Assembly (NCBI GenBank): GCA_035084275.1 | Contig: CM068744.1 | Location: 55,180,001-55,244,000 of the forward strand | Source of the DNA: Hydrolagus colliei | Lineage: Eukaryota | Length of the DNA stretch: 64,000 nt | Direction: 5' to 3' | Part shown: one piece after another, positions 52,520 through 64,000 of the stretch | Layout: the number at the start of each line of letters is the position of its first letter | Numbering within the stretch: position 1 is the first letter of the stretch | Notes under the pieces: generated by a model | Seen by the model: only the letters and a program-made list of their open reading frames with translations | What the model was told of the DNA's origin: nothing | Databases searched by the model: none | Position numbers and translations under genes: made by a program

Positions 52520-52830
52520 TTAAAAAATGGTTAACAGATAACCTGACAGGTATTTAAATCTAAGAAAGGATTTGATAAGGTGGGCGTAAATAAGTTGTTT
52601 TCACTTGGTGAATGTATAACTAGAGGGGATAAATATACGGTTGCTGGAAATAGACCAAACAAGGAGTTTATGAAGAACTTAATCAGGCAGTGAGCGATGG
52701 GAATGTGGAACACATGGGCAGAAGCTGTGGTTGAAGTACAATATATTTAAGAGGAAAGGTGGCACATATATAAGGGAGCAGAGAATTCAGTGGTATAGGA
52801 GAGCATTTAGGAATAATGGGGGTTTGTGTG
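52520..52830 (+). mobile_element. Old CR1 3' fragment
   Basis: aaaggatttgataaggtgg..taactagaggggataaata..gggaatgtggaacac..gtggttgaag. Confidence 0.75.
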
Positions 52831-52839
52831 GAGTATAAA

Positions 52840-54350
52840 ATTTGTCTCAGACGAGTTGCTGTGGCACATTACTCGGTGTTACTCCATGCAAATAAAAAGC
52901 TATCTGTAGATTCCATCTCATTACTGCAGGCTATTCCAATGCATTCAGGCATTCAATACATACCCAGTGACAGGATATTTCATGAATCTCCCCATTTGTG
53001 TGTCATATAATCATGAAATATTCCCCCAGTTCGTTTTCATTTGCAGCCCTTGTCAAAATGATTGGATATGTCTATTGGAAGCTCCGTGATATTCACAGAT
53101 TCAATCCCTTTTCAAATGAACAATATCCAATGCAATTGTTTAGAATCATGTAATATGTAAGAAAGACAAAATACATCTTTGTTCAAAAGCTCAACCATTT
53201 CTACAGGTGTGACGAGCTCGAAGTCGGCTTTATTCCAGATGTGAACATACCTCTTGGTGATATGCCAGTGTGAACATACCTCTTGTTGATAGTTTTTTGC
53301 TTGTTTGAAGTGCTTAGATCACATTGCAGTCCATTCAGAGGTGATAGCTGGTTTATGTGTGTTCCAAAATATGTGCTAGAAAAAAATAATAGCATAATAC
53401 AAATATATATCAAAACTTATGAAAGAAATGATACATTCACTGTAGAGCAATTTCAAAACTGAAAGTAGGAGATGAGAATGCCTTGGTTTAACTCAACTAA
53501 TTATTCTGTTGCACAAATTTCTTTCATAATTCATATAATGTAAGGCAAACATGCTGCAGATCTCTATTTGGACTCTCTGAATTCCAGCAGCACCACATTA
53601 ATACCACAGAGCATATTTTCTGCATTTTAATAATTAGATACTATGATGTCAAATCAAAACATATTTTTATTAATCCTGTTGTTTCGTTCCAAACACTACT
53701 GAATTAACCGTCAGCAACATCACTTGCATCAGGCATCGGTCGGACAGATTGACAATGAAGCTTGTCAATGCACAGAGCAATTATCTCATTAACAGTAAAG
53801 CCATACTAATCCTAGCAATGATGGGCATTCAGAAATCCTGATATTAGAAACAGCACAAGTAACAAACTATCATATGACATATCACTGACAGATATCACCC
53901 TGCCTTTTGTGATCTTCCAAGAGTCTTTCCGCACAATATTAGGCACATACATCACACAGAAGTTTTGTTAACCAGTTGGTTATTCTTACTTATATCCAAT
54001 GGTTCAATTGCCAAGGTAGATCAGGGCAGTTTTATTGGACAACACATGCAAGCCAGTTTACATGCTCAGCACATCCAAGATTAATTCAGTTGTTTCTCCA
54101 CAGCTTACAAGATTCCTGAATGAAGTGCTGCTTCATTTAGAATATAGCAGTATGGAATGGCCTTCACTCAATACAATGTCTGCATTGGCTCAAGCTCCAT
54201 TGACTCCAGCGGAGTCTCCAAGGAGCTGCAATTGCTTCAAGGTGACATGTTTTGCAATGAATGCTAGAATGAAGACTACCCTTTGTGGCAGTCTCTAGTC
54301 CAGCTTGTGAGCCATCCAGGTTCGCTTTGATAATTATTTTAAAAGATATA
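52840..54350 (+). mobile_element. Decayed DIRS-like relic including the tyrosine recombinase ORF
   Basis: RCDELEVGF (RWG.PEVDLF); YLINSKAILILAMMGIQKS (LT.K..FLLALAS.RR.SE); HPAFCDLPRVF..EVLLTS (HPAFLPKV..EIVLPS); VVSPQLTRFLNEVLLHLEY (VSKQ.LSRW..E.I..AY). Confidence 0.55.
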
Positions 54351-54837
54351 CAATGAAACACTGCAAATTTCACCCAATAGGAAAGTTGCCACCCAGTGTT
54401 TTCAAAGGCAAGGTTTACGGTTTTAGATGGTTAAACAGCAGCAGTAATCCGTGGACATTCTCGGTTCCCAAAATCTTGACTGTTGCTAGCCTGTGCCAAA
54501 TACTCTCTTGAATTAGGTTAGCGGGTTAGTATCCTTACAAAGAGAGATTGCAAACCCCTCCGAAATCATTATTCCTCCAGCTGTGCTGGTATGTTGTTTC
54601 ACATGTATTCTCCTATTACTAAAAGAACATTTCCTACACTTCCTTTTATTCAACTGTTTGTGTGACAACAAATTGTGCATTAGATTGTATTAATTTGAGA
54701 GTAGTTCATAGGTGATACAAGCAAAACTTGTATGCTTTAGTTATTAATACACATTAGACAAAAAGTGAGACATATAAGGATGGATAGAAAGAATGTAACT
54801 GAAATATAACTTCTGGCACAAACCTGATATGGTGTTA

Positions 54838-56370
54838 ACAACCACAACAAATTACATTTGTACATCGCCTTTCACATCGGATGACGCCCAAAGACACTGG
54901 ATAGTCAATGTTTCAGACCCAAGCTGGGTTTGGGATTGTGGAGAATGGAGAGAAAGGAGGGGATAAGGGGTGACCAATGGGACCATCGAGGAGGAGAGTC
55001 TTGAGGCAGGAATTGAAGGAGGCTTATGAAGGTACGAGGTGGAGGGAATGCAGGATGGAATTCCAAAAGTTAGCAGCAAAGTGGCAGAAGGCTCACCCAC
55101 TGATGGTTGGACGGAGGGTTGGGAGATATGGAGCAGGCCAGAGCCCGCTGAGCGGAGGGGGCAGGCTGGTTGGTCGGGGGTAAGGAAATCACAGAGATAG
55201 GATGGAGCAAGGCCAAAGAAGGCTTTGAAGGTGAGGACCAGGAACTAGAATTGAATCCTCCAGGTGATAGGAAGTCAATGGGGGAGATAAGGTCATGGAG
55301 CTCGGACTGGTAGAGGACACGGGCCGCAGAGTTCTGGATGATCTGTAGTTTATGGAGGGAGGATATTGGAAGGCTGACAAGCAGTGCATTGGCATAGACA
55401 AGCTTGGATATGATGAAGGCATGAATGAGAGTTTCAGTGCCCTGAGGGGTGAGGTCGTGGCAGTCAGGTAATGTTGCTGAGGTTTATTTGACAGCATGTG
55501 CCAGTCAGTTTACATGCTCTGCACATCCAAGATTGATTCAGTTGTTCCTACACAGCTTACAAGATTCCTGAATGAAGTGCTGCTTTGTTTAGAATATACC
55601 AGTATTGATTGGGCTTCACTCAATAAATGTCTGCCTTGGCTCAAGTCCCATTGACTATCCTCCAGCAGAGTCTCCATGGAGCTGAAATTGCTTCAAGATG
55701 ACATGTTTTGAAATGAATGCTAGATTCAAGGCTACCATTTGTAGCAGCTTGTGAGCCATCCAGGTCCGCTGTGATAATTATATTAAAGAATGTATGGTGA
55801 GGGAAGGTGAGGGAAGGCAGAGTCGGTCGTGGCTTGAAAATGGGGAAGGAATGACAGTTGAGGATCAAACAATTCAGGCTTCAGATATCAAGTTTCCTGA
55901 CTGGCTTGGTGAGGTGGTGTGTGCAACCATGGATGTTGATGCTGTCAATGCCTAATGTGTGAAGGTGCTGGCATGAGCTAATCAGGAGGGCCTCAGTATT
56001 GTTGATGTTCAGAAAGTTAGCTCTCATCCAGGACTTGACGTCTGACAGGCAGTCTGTCAAAACAGCAGTGGTCCTGGAATCGAGGGTAGAGGTAGAAAGA
56101 TACAGTTGGGTGTCATGCTCATACTTGTGGAAGTTGACCCTATGTCTGCAGATTATGTCAACAAGGTATGTCATGTAGATATTGAAAAGGGGCCAGTGAC
56201 AGAGCTCTGGAGGACTTCACAAGTGATAGTGCAGGGGCTGGAGAAGAAGCCATTGGTGGCAACAAATTGGAGTCAGTGAGAAAGGTAAGAGTCAAACCAG
56301 GCAAGCGCAGGTCCATGAAGATTGAGCTGGGAGAAGAAGCGGTGTAGAAGCACAATTTGGCTGCCATTTT
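54838..56370 (-). mobile_element. L2 fragment with tail, interrupted at 55482-55790
   Basis: acaaccacaacaaattacatttg tail; DIICRHRVNFHKYEHDTQLYL on the minus strand. Confidence 0.9.
55482..55790 (+). repeat. Diverged duplicate of 54029-54346
   Basis: Shared gtttacatgctc..cacagcttacaagattcctgaatgaagtgctgctt..cagcttgtgagccatccagg. Confidence 0.95.
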
Positions 56371-56444
56371 CATTTTCGTGGCTGACAATTCTTCAGATGA
56401 AACAAACCATTCACTTCATGGCTGATAGTGGGGCATTGCTGTGA

Positions 56445-57790
56445 CAACAACAACAAAAAAATTACATGTATAGAGTGCCTTTCAGGTCGGGAGGATATCC
56501 CAAGGCACTGAACAGTCAGGGTTTGGAACCCTAACGTGGGGGAGGGGCAGTTAGGGGGGAGGAGAGGAAGAGAGGTTGGAGGGGGGCAGAGGTACGATCG
56601 AAAAGGAGGGTGTTGAGACCGGCCTTGAAGGAGGCTATGGAGAAAGTGAGGCAAAGGGATTGTGATATGGAGTTCCAGAGTGTGGGGAAGAGAGGCTGAA
56701 CACCTGCTACCGATGGTAGGGCGGGTCAGGTGGAAGACATGGAAGAGACCAGAGCCCACTGAATGAAGGGAGCAGGGTGTTTGTTAGGGTGTCAACAGAT
56801 TCAGAGAATAGGAAGGGACAAGGCCGTGGCTGGCTTTGAAAGTGAGTATGAGGATTTTGAATTCAATCCTCTGGGGGTTGGGGAGCCAATGGAACCGGGC
56901 AAGGGTGGGAGTGATGGAGTTGTGGAGCCTGTTGCAGGAGAGGACACGAGTTGTAGAGTTTTCAATGATCTGCAGCTTGCGAAGGGATAGCTGGGAAGGC
57001 CGACAAGGAGAGAGTTTCTGTAGTCAAGCGTTGATGTGATGAATGCATGGGTGAGGGTTTCTACAGCCTCGGGTGGGTGAGGTAGTGGTGGAGTCTGGTA
57101 ATGTTATGGAGGTGGTGGAAGGCAGTGCTGGTTATGGCCCAGATGTGAGGCAGAAAGGACAGTTCGGTGTCAAACGAGACCACAACAACAACAACAAAAT
57201 TACAGTTCTAGAGCGTCTTTCACATCGGGAAGATGTCCCAAGGAGCTGAAGTCCCAAGACACCCAGGTTCCTGACTAGCTTTGTGCGATGGAGAGTGTAG
57301 CCATGGATACTGATGCTGCCAGCACTTGAGGTGCTGATGTGCTGACACGAGACAATTTGGAACATCTCAGTCTTGCTGACATTCAGCTGAAGAAAGTTTT
57401 CCTTCGTCCAGGACTCGGTGTTGGACGTGCAGGCAGTCAGGATGCTGGTAGTCCTGGAGTTGAGCATGGAAGCAAAGAGATAGAGTTGGGTGCCATCTGC
57501 GTACATGTGGAAATTTATCCCATGTCCGCAGATGATGTCACTGAGGAGGAGCGTGTAGAGGGTGAAGAGGAGGGGAGCAAGGACAGAGCCCTGAGGAACA
57601 CCGCACTGCAGGGGTTAGAAGAAAAGCCACTGGCAGACACAAAGTGGAGATGGTGTGAGAGCTAGGACCTGAACCAGTTAAGGACAGAACCATGAAGGTT
57701 GAGGTGGGAGGAGAGACGGCGGAGCAGAATTGAGTGGTCCACAGTGTGAAAGGTGACAGATAGATCGAGGAGGATGAGGATCAGAGCAAT
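56445..57790 (-). mobile_element. L2 RT fragment with tail; contains a nested short L2 3' end at 57181-57254
   Basis: acaacaacaacaaaaaattacatg tail; [21 protein letters not shown]; second caacaacaac tail inside the ORF. Confidence 0.92.
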
Positions 57791-57974
57791 CTGCCCCAGC
57801 GATGGGAAGACTGTGAAAGTTGAACGCCAGTCACAATTGGGAATGTGGAATGTGTGACTTCCCTTTCATTCAGATCAAGGGACCCTGAGGAAAACTGAGT
57901 GAAGGTTATGAAATGCAATCATGTCAATCTATCTTTTCAATGCACACTGTATTAACTTAATGTATTAAGTCTAG

Positions 57975-58046
57975 TCCAATTGTGTTTCCATTGCAAAAGT
58001 ATTTCCAATATTTCTCAGGAAATATTGCAATGGAATCACAATTGGA
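57975..58046. repeat. Inverted repeat, 22-bp arms (21/22 match)
   Basis: tccaattgtgtttccattgcaa ... ttgcaatggaatcacaattgga. Confidence 0.9.
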
Positions 58047-59584
58047 ATTTTGGGGGTGTGCACAGAGCTATGCTTTACCCAAGTGCCACGGGGTGTGCAG
58101 TATAACCAGGCACTGTCAGCTCACACTACTCTAAAACAGGCATTTGCGTCAATCCAATATCTGCAGTATTATTTCCCTTCTGATCAAAGACCAGTAGCAT
58201 AACCAATCCAAAGAAAGCATCATATACTATTTGCAATGCACAAATGGGTTTGTAGCCTCAGAGAAAATAATAGAGGCATGAAATGATTTCTTTCACATTA
58301 TGTGCTTCAAACTACCAGTGTTTGTTTATTTTTCATTTTTGTTGTGCAACTTTTTATTTCTTTTTTCAACTTGTGCTGTACATTTCTTGTATATGTTATA
58401 AAGTTTTCACATCTTTTCTGTACCAGGATTTTCCACTCATGGAATATTACTGTTATGTGGAACAATAAACACAATATATACGTATAGGGGCCTGTATGTA
58501 AGAACATATTGTGCTATTAAAAAACACATATTTGAAAGCTACGCAAAAAACAACAGAAAGCAAGAGCAAATCAGTATGTAAATTGCTTGAATATGATTAT
58601 TATTCTATCATATTTTAATTTGAATAAATAAATGGAAACAGTTATTTGACATTATATGAAATGCAAAGCCTTGTCATCAACTTTGTTGATGTGCTCTAAG
58701 TTTTCACATGTTTAGCCATTGTATTTTCACATGTTTATGCCTGGGCTGCTATTTTGATGGGAACTGCAGTTCGGATAAAATATTCTCCTAATGGTCTGGC
58801 TGATATTCCTCCCAAATCCAAATTTACTTAAAATCAGATTCACTTTAGTGATGCCTATATAACAAGCACCTGAAAGTAACGCAATTCCTCTGTGATATTT
58901 TGGCATAATTACATGACACATAAGGTATGATTTCTTCTTTAAGATAATAATAATTGGTTACATCAATAAAACTAACATAAGTGAAACAACTGTGGAATCA
59001 AGGAATAGATGTTGCCTGATATGTCACTTGTTGTATTTCTCTCATTATCATTTATAATACGTTATTTGAAAATCACCAGCTGAAATTATACTACACATGT
59101 TTGATCAGTCATTATTTTCAGCCTTGGAGAAAATTCTGATGAATTCGACATATATTGCCAGAGAATTTGGGTTTAATTTAATGAGTTTTAAAACTACCCA
59201 GAAGTAAATTCAGTTTATTGAACGAGTTGTTGAAAAGAATGTAAATTATGCAAATGAATATTATGTTTCAATAGAACCTGCACATTAGGCATAAGAGTAA
59301 TGATCTTTAGGGAACAGATTCAAAATATTTTAGCAGCTTTTGATGTCTCTTCTATTGCACTTAATTATACTTTGCAAAGTGTGTACATATAAACAACGGA
59401 GCCAATCCAATCATTGGGTTAGAGTCAATCAATAATAATACTGTACTCACATTGGTTAATTTGATAGGAAGGTCACCTTCCCCCTCCCACTGGCTCGGCC
59501 TCGGGTTCTGCTGTTCTAAAGCGCTCTGAGATGCTGTCTGGCATGGAGGGCGCTATATAAATCCAAGTTGTTGTTGTTGGTATA

Positions 59585-59770
59585 GGTGTCAGTTTTGTTC
59601 AGTCGGTAGCATTCTTTTCTGAATCAGAAGAATGTGGTTTCAAGTCCCATGTCAGAACTTTAAAACAGCGGTTGTGGCTGGCACTCTTGTGTAGAATTGG
59701 CAGTGTGCATTGAGAGGTGGAGGGGGGGGATTGCATTCTGGGAGGTGCCATCCCTCAGATGAGATATTAA
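59585..59770 (+). mobile_element. Deu SINE family B, directly after a short LINE tail (59518-59579)
   Basis: ttcagtcggtagc..gaatcagaag..ttcaagtccca..ggtgccatccctcagatgagatatt. Confidence 0.7.
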
Positions 59771-60515
59771 AGATATTTTGATAATGTGACAAGGCATTAT
59801 AACAAATGTTTTATAGTTATAATTACATTGCGCCCACAATGTTGTGAATGTTTCAACGTGCTTCATAAACTTCTAGTAATGTGTATTGGTTATGCTTTCT
59901 AACACAGCAGATAATGTATGCACAGCAATGTTGCAAAACACAGTCATGAAATGAATGTTTAAGTTTTTTAACTGCTGGCCACAGAGCTTTATCCTGTCTT
60001 ACTATGGTATATTATTTTACCTGCAAAATGTTTTCTGAATTAATTTTAGCTTTCCTGTACTGTATTAACTGTTTTCTGATGGATTGAATTGAGTGAGCTG
60101 AATTCACTCATCTATTTTAGCTCTGAAATACAGAGTTTAGCATCAAAGCTAAGGCAGTAAAAGAACTGGCAGCAATACATTCATTGGATCCAGAATCACA
60201 AGTAGCTGTTTAAATAATTAAAATTAATCCATTTGTAAATTGTTGCTAAAGGCAGGCTTAGTGCAGCTGTTACACAGGACTAATACAGAAATGATAAAGT
60301 AAGTTAGTTTAGTGTATTCAGAGAACTGAGGAGAATGTGTGCAGACTAATTGAACTGCTGGAATTCACTTACAAAGTATACTTTACGGTATATCCTATGA
60401 ATTGCTTGTCACATCTTCCTGACATATAATGTGCCATATCAATTGCAAAGATTATCATAAATTATTATTATTATTTGTACTAGTTGTGATATACAACTAA
60501 TAAAATAGTTGTTCT

Positions 60516-60704
60516 TTGAATGGGCTCCAGACCCTTGTTTTGTAGCCCTATATTCTACTCACAATGCTAGGGGTTTGCCCGTCTGTCTTATTAAAGTTAA
60601 GGCAATTTTTAATTTGTTGATTTTCCATGGCCCCTGTAACAAAACTGACTTAGCATGATTACAGGGAAATCAAATGAGCCATGAAAAATACGTCTTATAC
60701 AGTA
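60516..60704. repeat. Dispersed repeat, probable DNA-transposon end; paired with 61612-61757
   Basis: ttgaatgg.ctccagac..ttgcccgt.tgt.ttattaaagt..gcatgatta.agggaaat..ttatacagta in both copies. Confidence 0.8.
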
Positions 60705-60714
60705 TAGGATACAG

Positions 60715-61024
60715 TAGGGTCTGGCAATCTATCAATATATCGGTTATATCCGATATAATTTTTATATTGATATGCCGATATCAGAATTTTAAAAATATCG
60801 ATATATCAAAAAATGTTATGTCCGGTGATATATCGATATATCAGTATATATTGGTAAAATGCGGACTTTTTCAACTTACCTTATTGATATCCGAATGCGC
60901 GCGCACACCGGAATGTGCGTGCGCATGCGCAGGACAAAAAAAACCCAGCGATATCGATATCAATATATCGGTACATATCAATATGGGCAAACCGATATAT
61001 CGATATATATGTCAACCACAACTA
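60715..61024. mobile_element. Short relative of the TAGGG hAT MITE, opposite orientation
   Basis: tagggtctggc end, GATATATCGA arrays, tgcgcatgcgca; lacks the C-rich core; other TIR diverged and no TSD seen. Confidence 0.7.
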
Positions 61025-61611
61025 CTGAAAGATGGGCAGAGTTCAAGGTTATCTTTCATTGCACACCAATCTACCATATTGCACAATATTGAGGTCAAAC
61101 AGAGCCAAGCTTTGGGAAGATAAAGTTCAGCAAAATGTCACCCTGCCCTGCCCACAGAAAAATGAGCAAACTCCAGGGTAACAACCCAATCAGTTCACAG
61201 CAAAATTCTCCTCATTGATTTCAGTTCCATAGATTATATCCCTACAATCCCAGCAGTGGAGATTCCATCGTTCTCCATAACATTTACGTGACATTTACAA
61301 CTTTCAATCCTGGTTTCCAGTATTCAGGGTTGTATCAAGGTTCATGTTACTATTCTACACTCTTTTGCTGTCATTCACTTTCATTAAAAAATGTCTAGTA
61401 TTTTAAGCAGTGTTCCTAATATAGTCCACACATGATTTGTGATGCAACTTGAAGTGATCTCTTATGCAACATTGAGCTGAATATTTCAGCTTTATAAACT
61501 GCCTTCAGTAGATAAGTATTGATAAACAGGTTTTTGATTTCAAACTCAAGTATCAAGAATATTGCCGATAAAACTGTGCACCCATTTAATTTGATGCCCT
61601 CTTTGCTTTCA

Positions 61612-61757
61612 TTGAATGGACTCCAGACAGTTGCTTGTAGCCCTTTTGCCCGTGTGTTTTATTAAAGTAAAGGCAAGTTTAATTTTTTTTATTTTTCATG
61701 GCCGAGCATGATTAAAGGGAAATTAAATGTGCCTTGAAAAATACTGGTTATACAGTA
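61612..61757. repeat. Second copy of the 60516 repeat
   Basis: Colinear similarity with two internal deletions. Confidence 0.8.
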
Positions 61758-62734
61758 TAAAATACTTTTATGTACAGTATATGCAATATAGACAACAGAT
61801 CTGTTAAATTCCTAGTTGTGTTGCGTATGTGCACTAAATATCTCAGAAGGTCATGTCAAAGTAAATCATGCTTCTCTCAGATTCATAATGTGCTCACTTT
61901 CAAGACCCTCCACAGCCTCCCCCTCCTATCTCTCTGACCTGCTGAATCCCATAAGATTATATGCCTGCTTTTCCTCTATTTTGGCAGCTCATTGCTGCTG
62001 CCAATCCAACATATGGGGGAGCAGGAAGCTAGACTGTAAATCAGTGAAAAGGCAACCTAACGAAAATAAATTAATGATCTATTATTTTTATTATTGACAA
62101 GATTTTGGTGGGGGTCAGTCAGGTGTCTGACACATATTGTTGTGTGCTTAAAAGTATCCGAAACAAATGACTGAGAATGTCAGATGCATGGACGTTTTCC
62201 ATTGCCTGCTTACCTACTATCAGAATTTATTAGGTGTATGTTGGCAGATAGATAACATGAATGCTAATATAAAATCAAATGGAAAATGATGCACTGGGGC
62301 TGAGAGAGCTGAAATTCCATGTGTTGAGAAATAAACTAAAATTACTGGGGGTGGGGGGTGGTATATACATGAATAAACATCAATATAAGATAGGTCAGTG
62401 TACAATAAAAGATAGATGAGCAAAAGGGCATGTTTAACAGGTCTTCTTCACAGACTCCATGGTTCAACGTGCAGTGATTTCTAAAAGGATTCTTCCCTTT
62501 TAGAAATCTCTGTACATTAAACCTTGGTTTAAAGGATTGAGCTTGGACTCATTTCAGTGCTCACTGTATATTATGTACATCACCCCAACATGAGGGAATG
62601 CTGCTCTGAAAAACTATTATGTTGGAGAGCAGTTCCCCTGACAGTGTCTGACATGCTACCAGTTTCTTGTTTTACACTCTTGTTGGAAATTGCTACATAT
62701 TGGAACCTACTACATTGTGCTTGTTCAAGGTAAA

Positions 62735-64000
62735 ACATTAGAATACATTAAAATATACAGCACAGAAACAGGCCCAACTAGTCTGCCGCCGTTTATGTTC
62801 CACATGAGCCTTCTCCTGCCCTTCCTCAACTAAGTCTACAAGCATTACCTATTCCTTTCTCCCTCGTGTACCTATCTAGCTAGCTTCCCCTTAAATATAT
62901 TTGTGCTATTCGCCTTATCAACTACTTGTGGTAGCAAGTTCCACATTCCCATTACTCTCTGCATAAATAAATTTATTCTAACTACCTTATTTAATCTATT
63001 TATGACTAAAATATATATTGATGGCCCCTGGTTTTGGTTTCCCCCACAAATTGAAACATCTTCCCTATGCCTATCATATCAAAACCTTTCAGCATTTTAA
63101 AGACCTCTATCAGGTCATCCCATACTCTCCTCTTTTCAATAGAAAAGAGTCCAAGCTTATTCAGCCTTTTCTCTTAGGTATAACCTCTCAGTTCTGGTAT
63201 TATGCTCGTGAATCTCCTTTGCACCTTCTCCAGTGCCTCTGCATTCTTTCTATATTGTGGGGACCAGAAATGCACACACTATTCTAAACGTAGTCTAATC
63301 AAGATTCTATATATGTTTACCATAACTTCGCTGCTCTTTATTTGTAAAACTCTAGGTATGAACACCAATGCCTGGTTTGCCTTTTCATGGCCTTATTAAC
63401 CTGCATTGCTACTTTAAGTGAATTGTGCATGTATATCCCTGGATCCCTTTGCTCCTCTACACCATTTAGGTTTTTATTTTCCAGGGTGTATGTATATGAT
63501 TTCCTAATTCCTGCTACTAAATTGTACCACCCCACACTTTTCTACATTGAAATGCATTTGCCATTTATATGCCCATTCAGCAGGGTTATTTATGTCTTTC
63601 TGTAATTTGTTGCGCTCCTCCTGTGTATGAACTACTGCCCCCAATTTGGTGTCACCTGCAAATTTTGAAATTGTACTGTGGATTCCTGAGTCCAAATCAT
63701 TAATATATTGTGAACAACAGTGGTCCCAATACTGATCGTTGTGGAACACCGCTGCCCACCCTCTGCCAACTCTTTGTTTTCTGTCTTGGAACCAGCTTTC
63801 TATCCATTCTGCTACTTTTCCCCTGACTCCAGATGCTTTGAGCTTATTCATTAGTTTGTTATGTGGTACCTTATCAAACAACTTTTGGAAATCCGAATAT
63901 ATTACATCTACCACATTACCCTTGGCTACTCTTTCTGTTACCCTTCCAAGAATTCAAGTATGACCTTCCTTTTGGAAATCTGTGCTGACTATTCTTTATT
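62735..64000 (-). mobile_element. CR1 LINE fragment, continuing past the window end
   Basis: VDVIYSDFQKLFDKVPHNKL..ISKFAGDTKLG..WQMHFNVEKC; 3'UTR at left. Confidence 0.95.

Noticed and set aside
59255-59270. Octamer ATGCAAAT sites (also near 3214, 19930, 32979) as enhancers
   Set aside because: Expected by chance in AT-rich DNA; no conservation data available

Overview
AT-rich, repeat-dense vertebrate non-coding DNA. The repeat families (tRNA/Deu-type SINEs with (ATT)n tails, L2-clade LINEs with (TTG)n tails, CR1 LINEs with (ATTCTATG)n tails, a shark-type Penelope terminal repeat) point to a cartilaginous fish, probably a chimaera such as Callorhinchus; this is inferred from remembered repeat consensuses. 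I found no convincing host protein-coding exon, so this is probably intronic or intergenic. The provided ORFs are either LINE reverse-transcriptase fragments or spurious. Recognisable content: L2 and CR1 fragments, three SINE families, hAT and Tc1/mariner MITEs with TIRs and TSDs, and one 239-N gap. The main hidden signal is that much of the apparently unique DNA reads, across stops and frameshifts, as about ten heavily decayed relics of DIRS-type tyrosine-recombinase retrotransposons (RT, RNase H, MT-like, YR motifs in canonical order). Younger SINEs and MITEs have inserted into several of them. These relic calls are by-eye motif matches and need tBLASTn/HMM confirmation. Relic and fragment boundaries are approximate.
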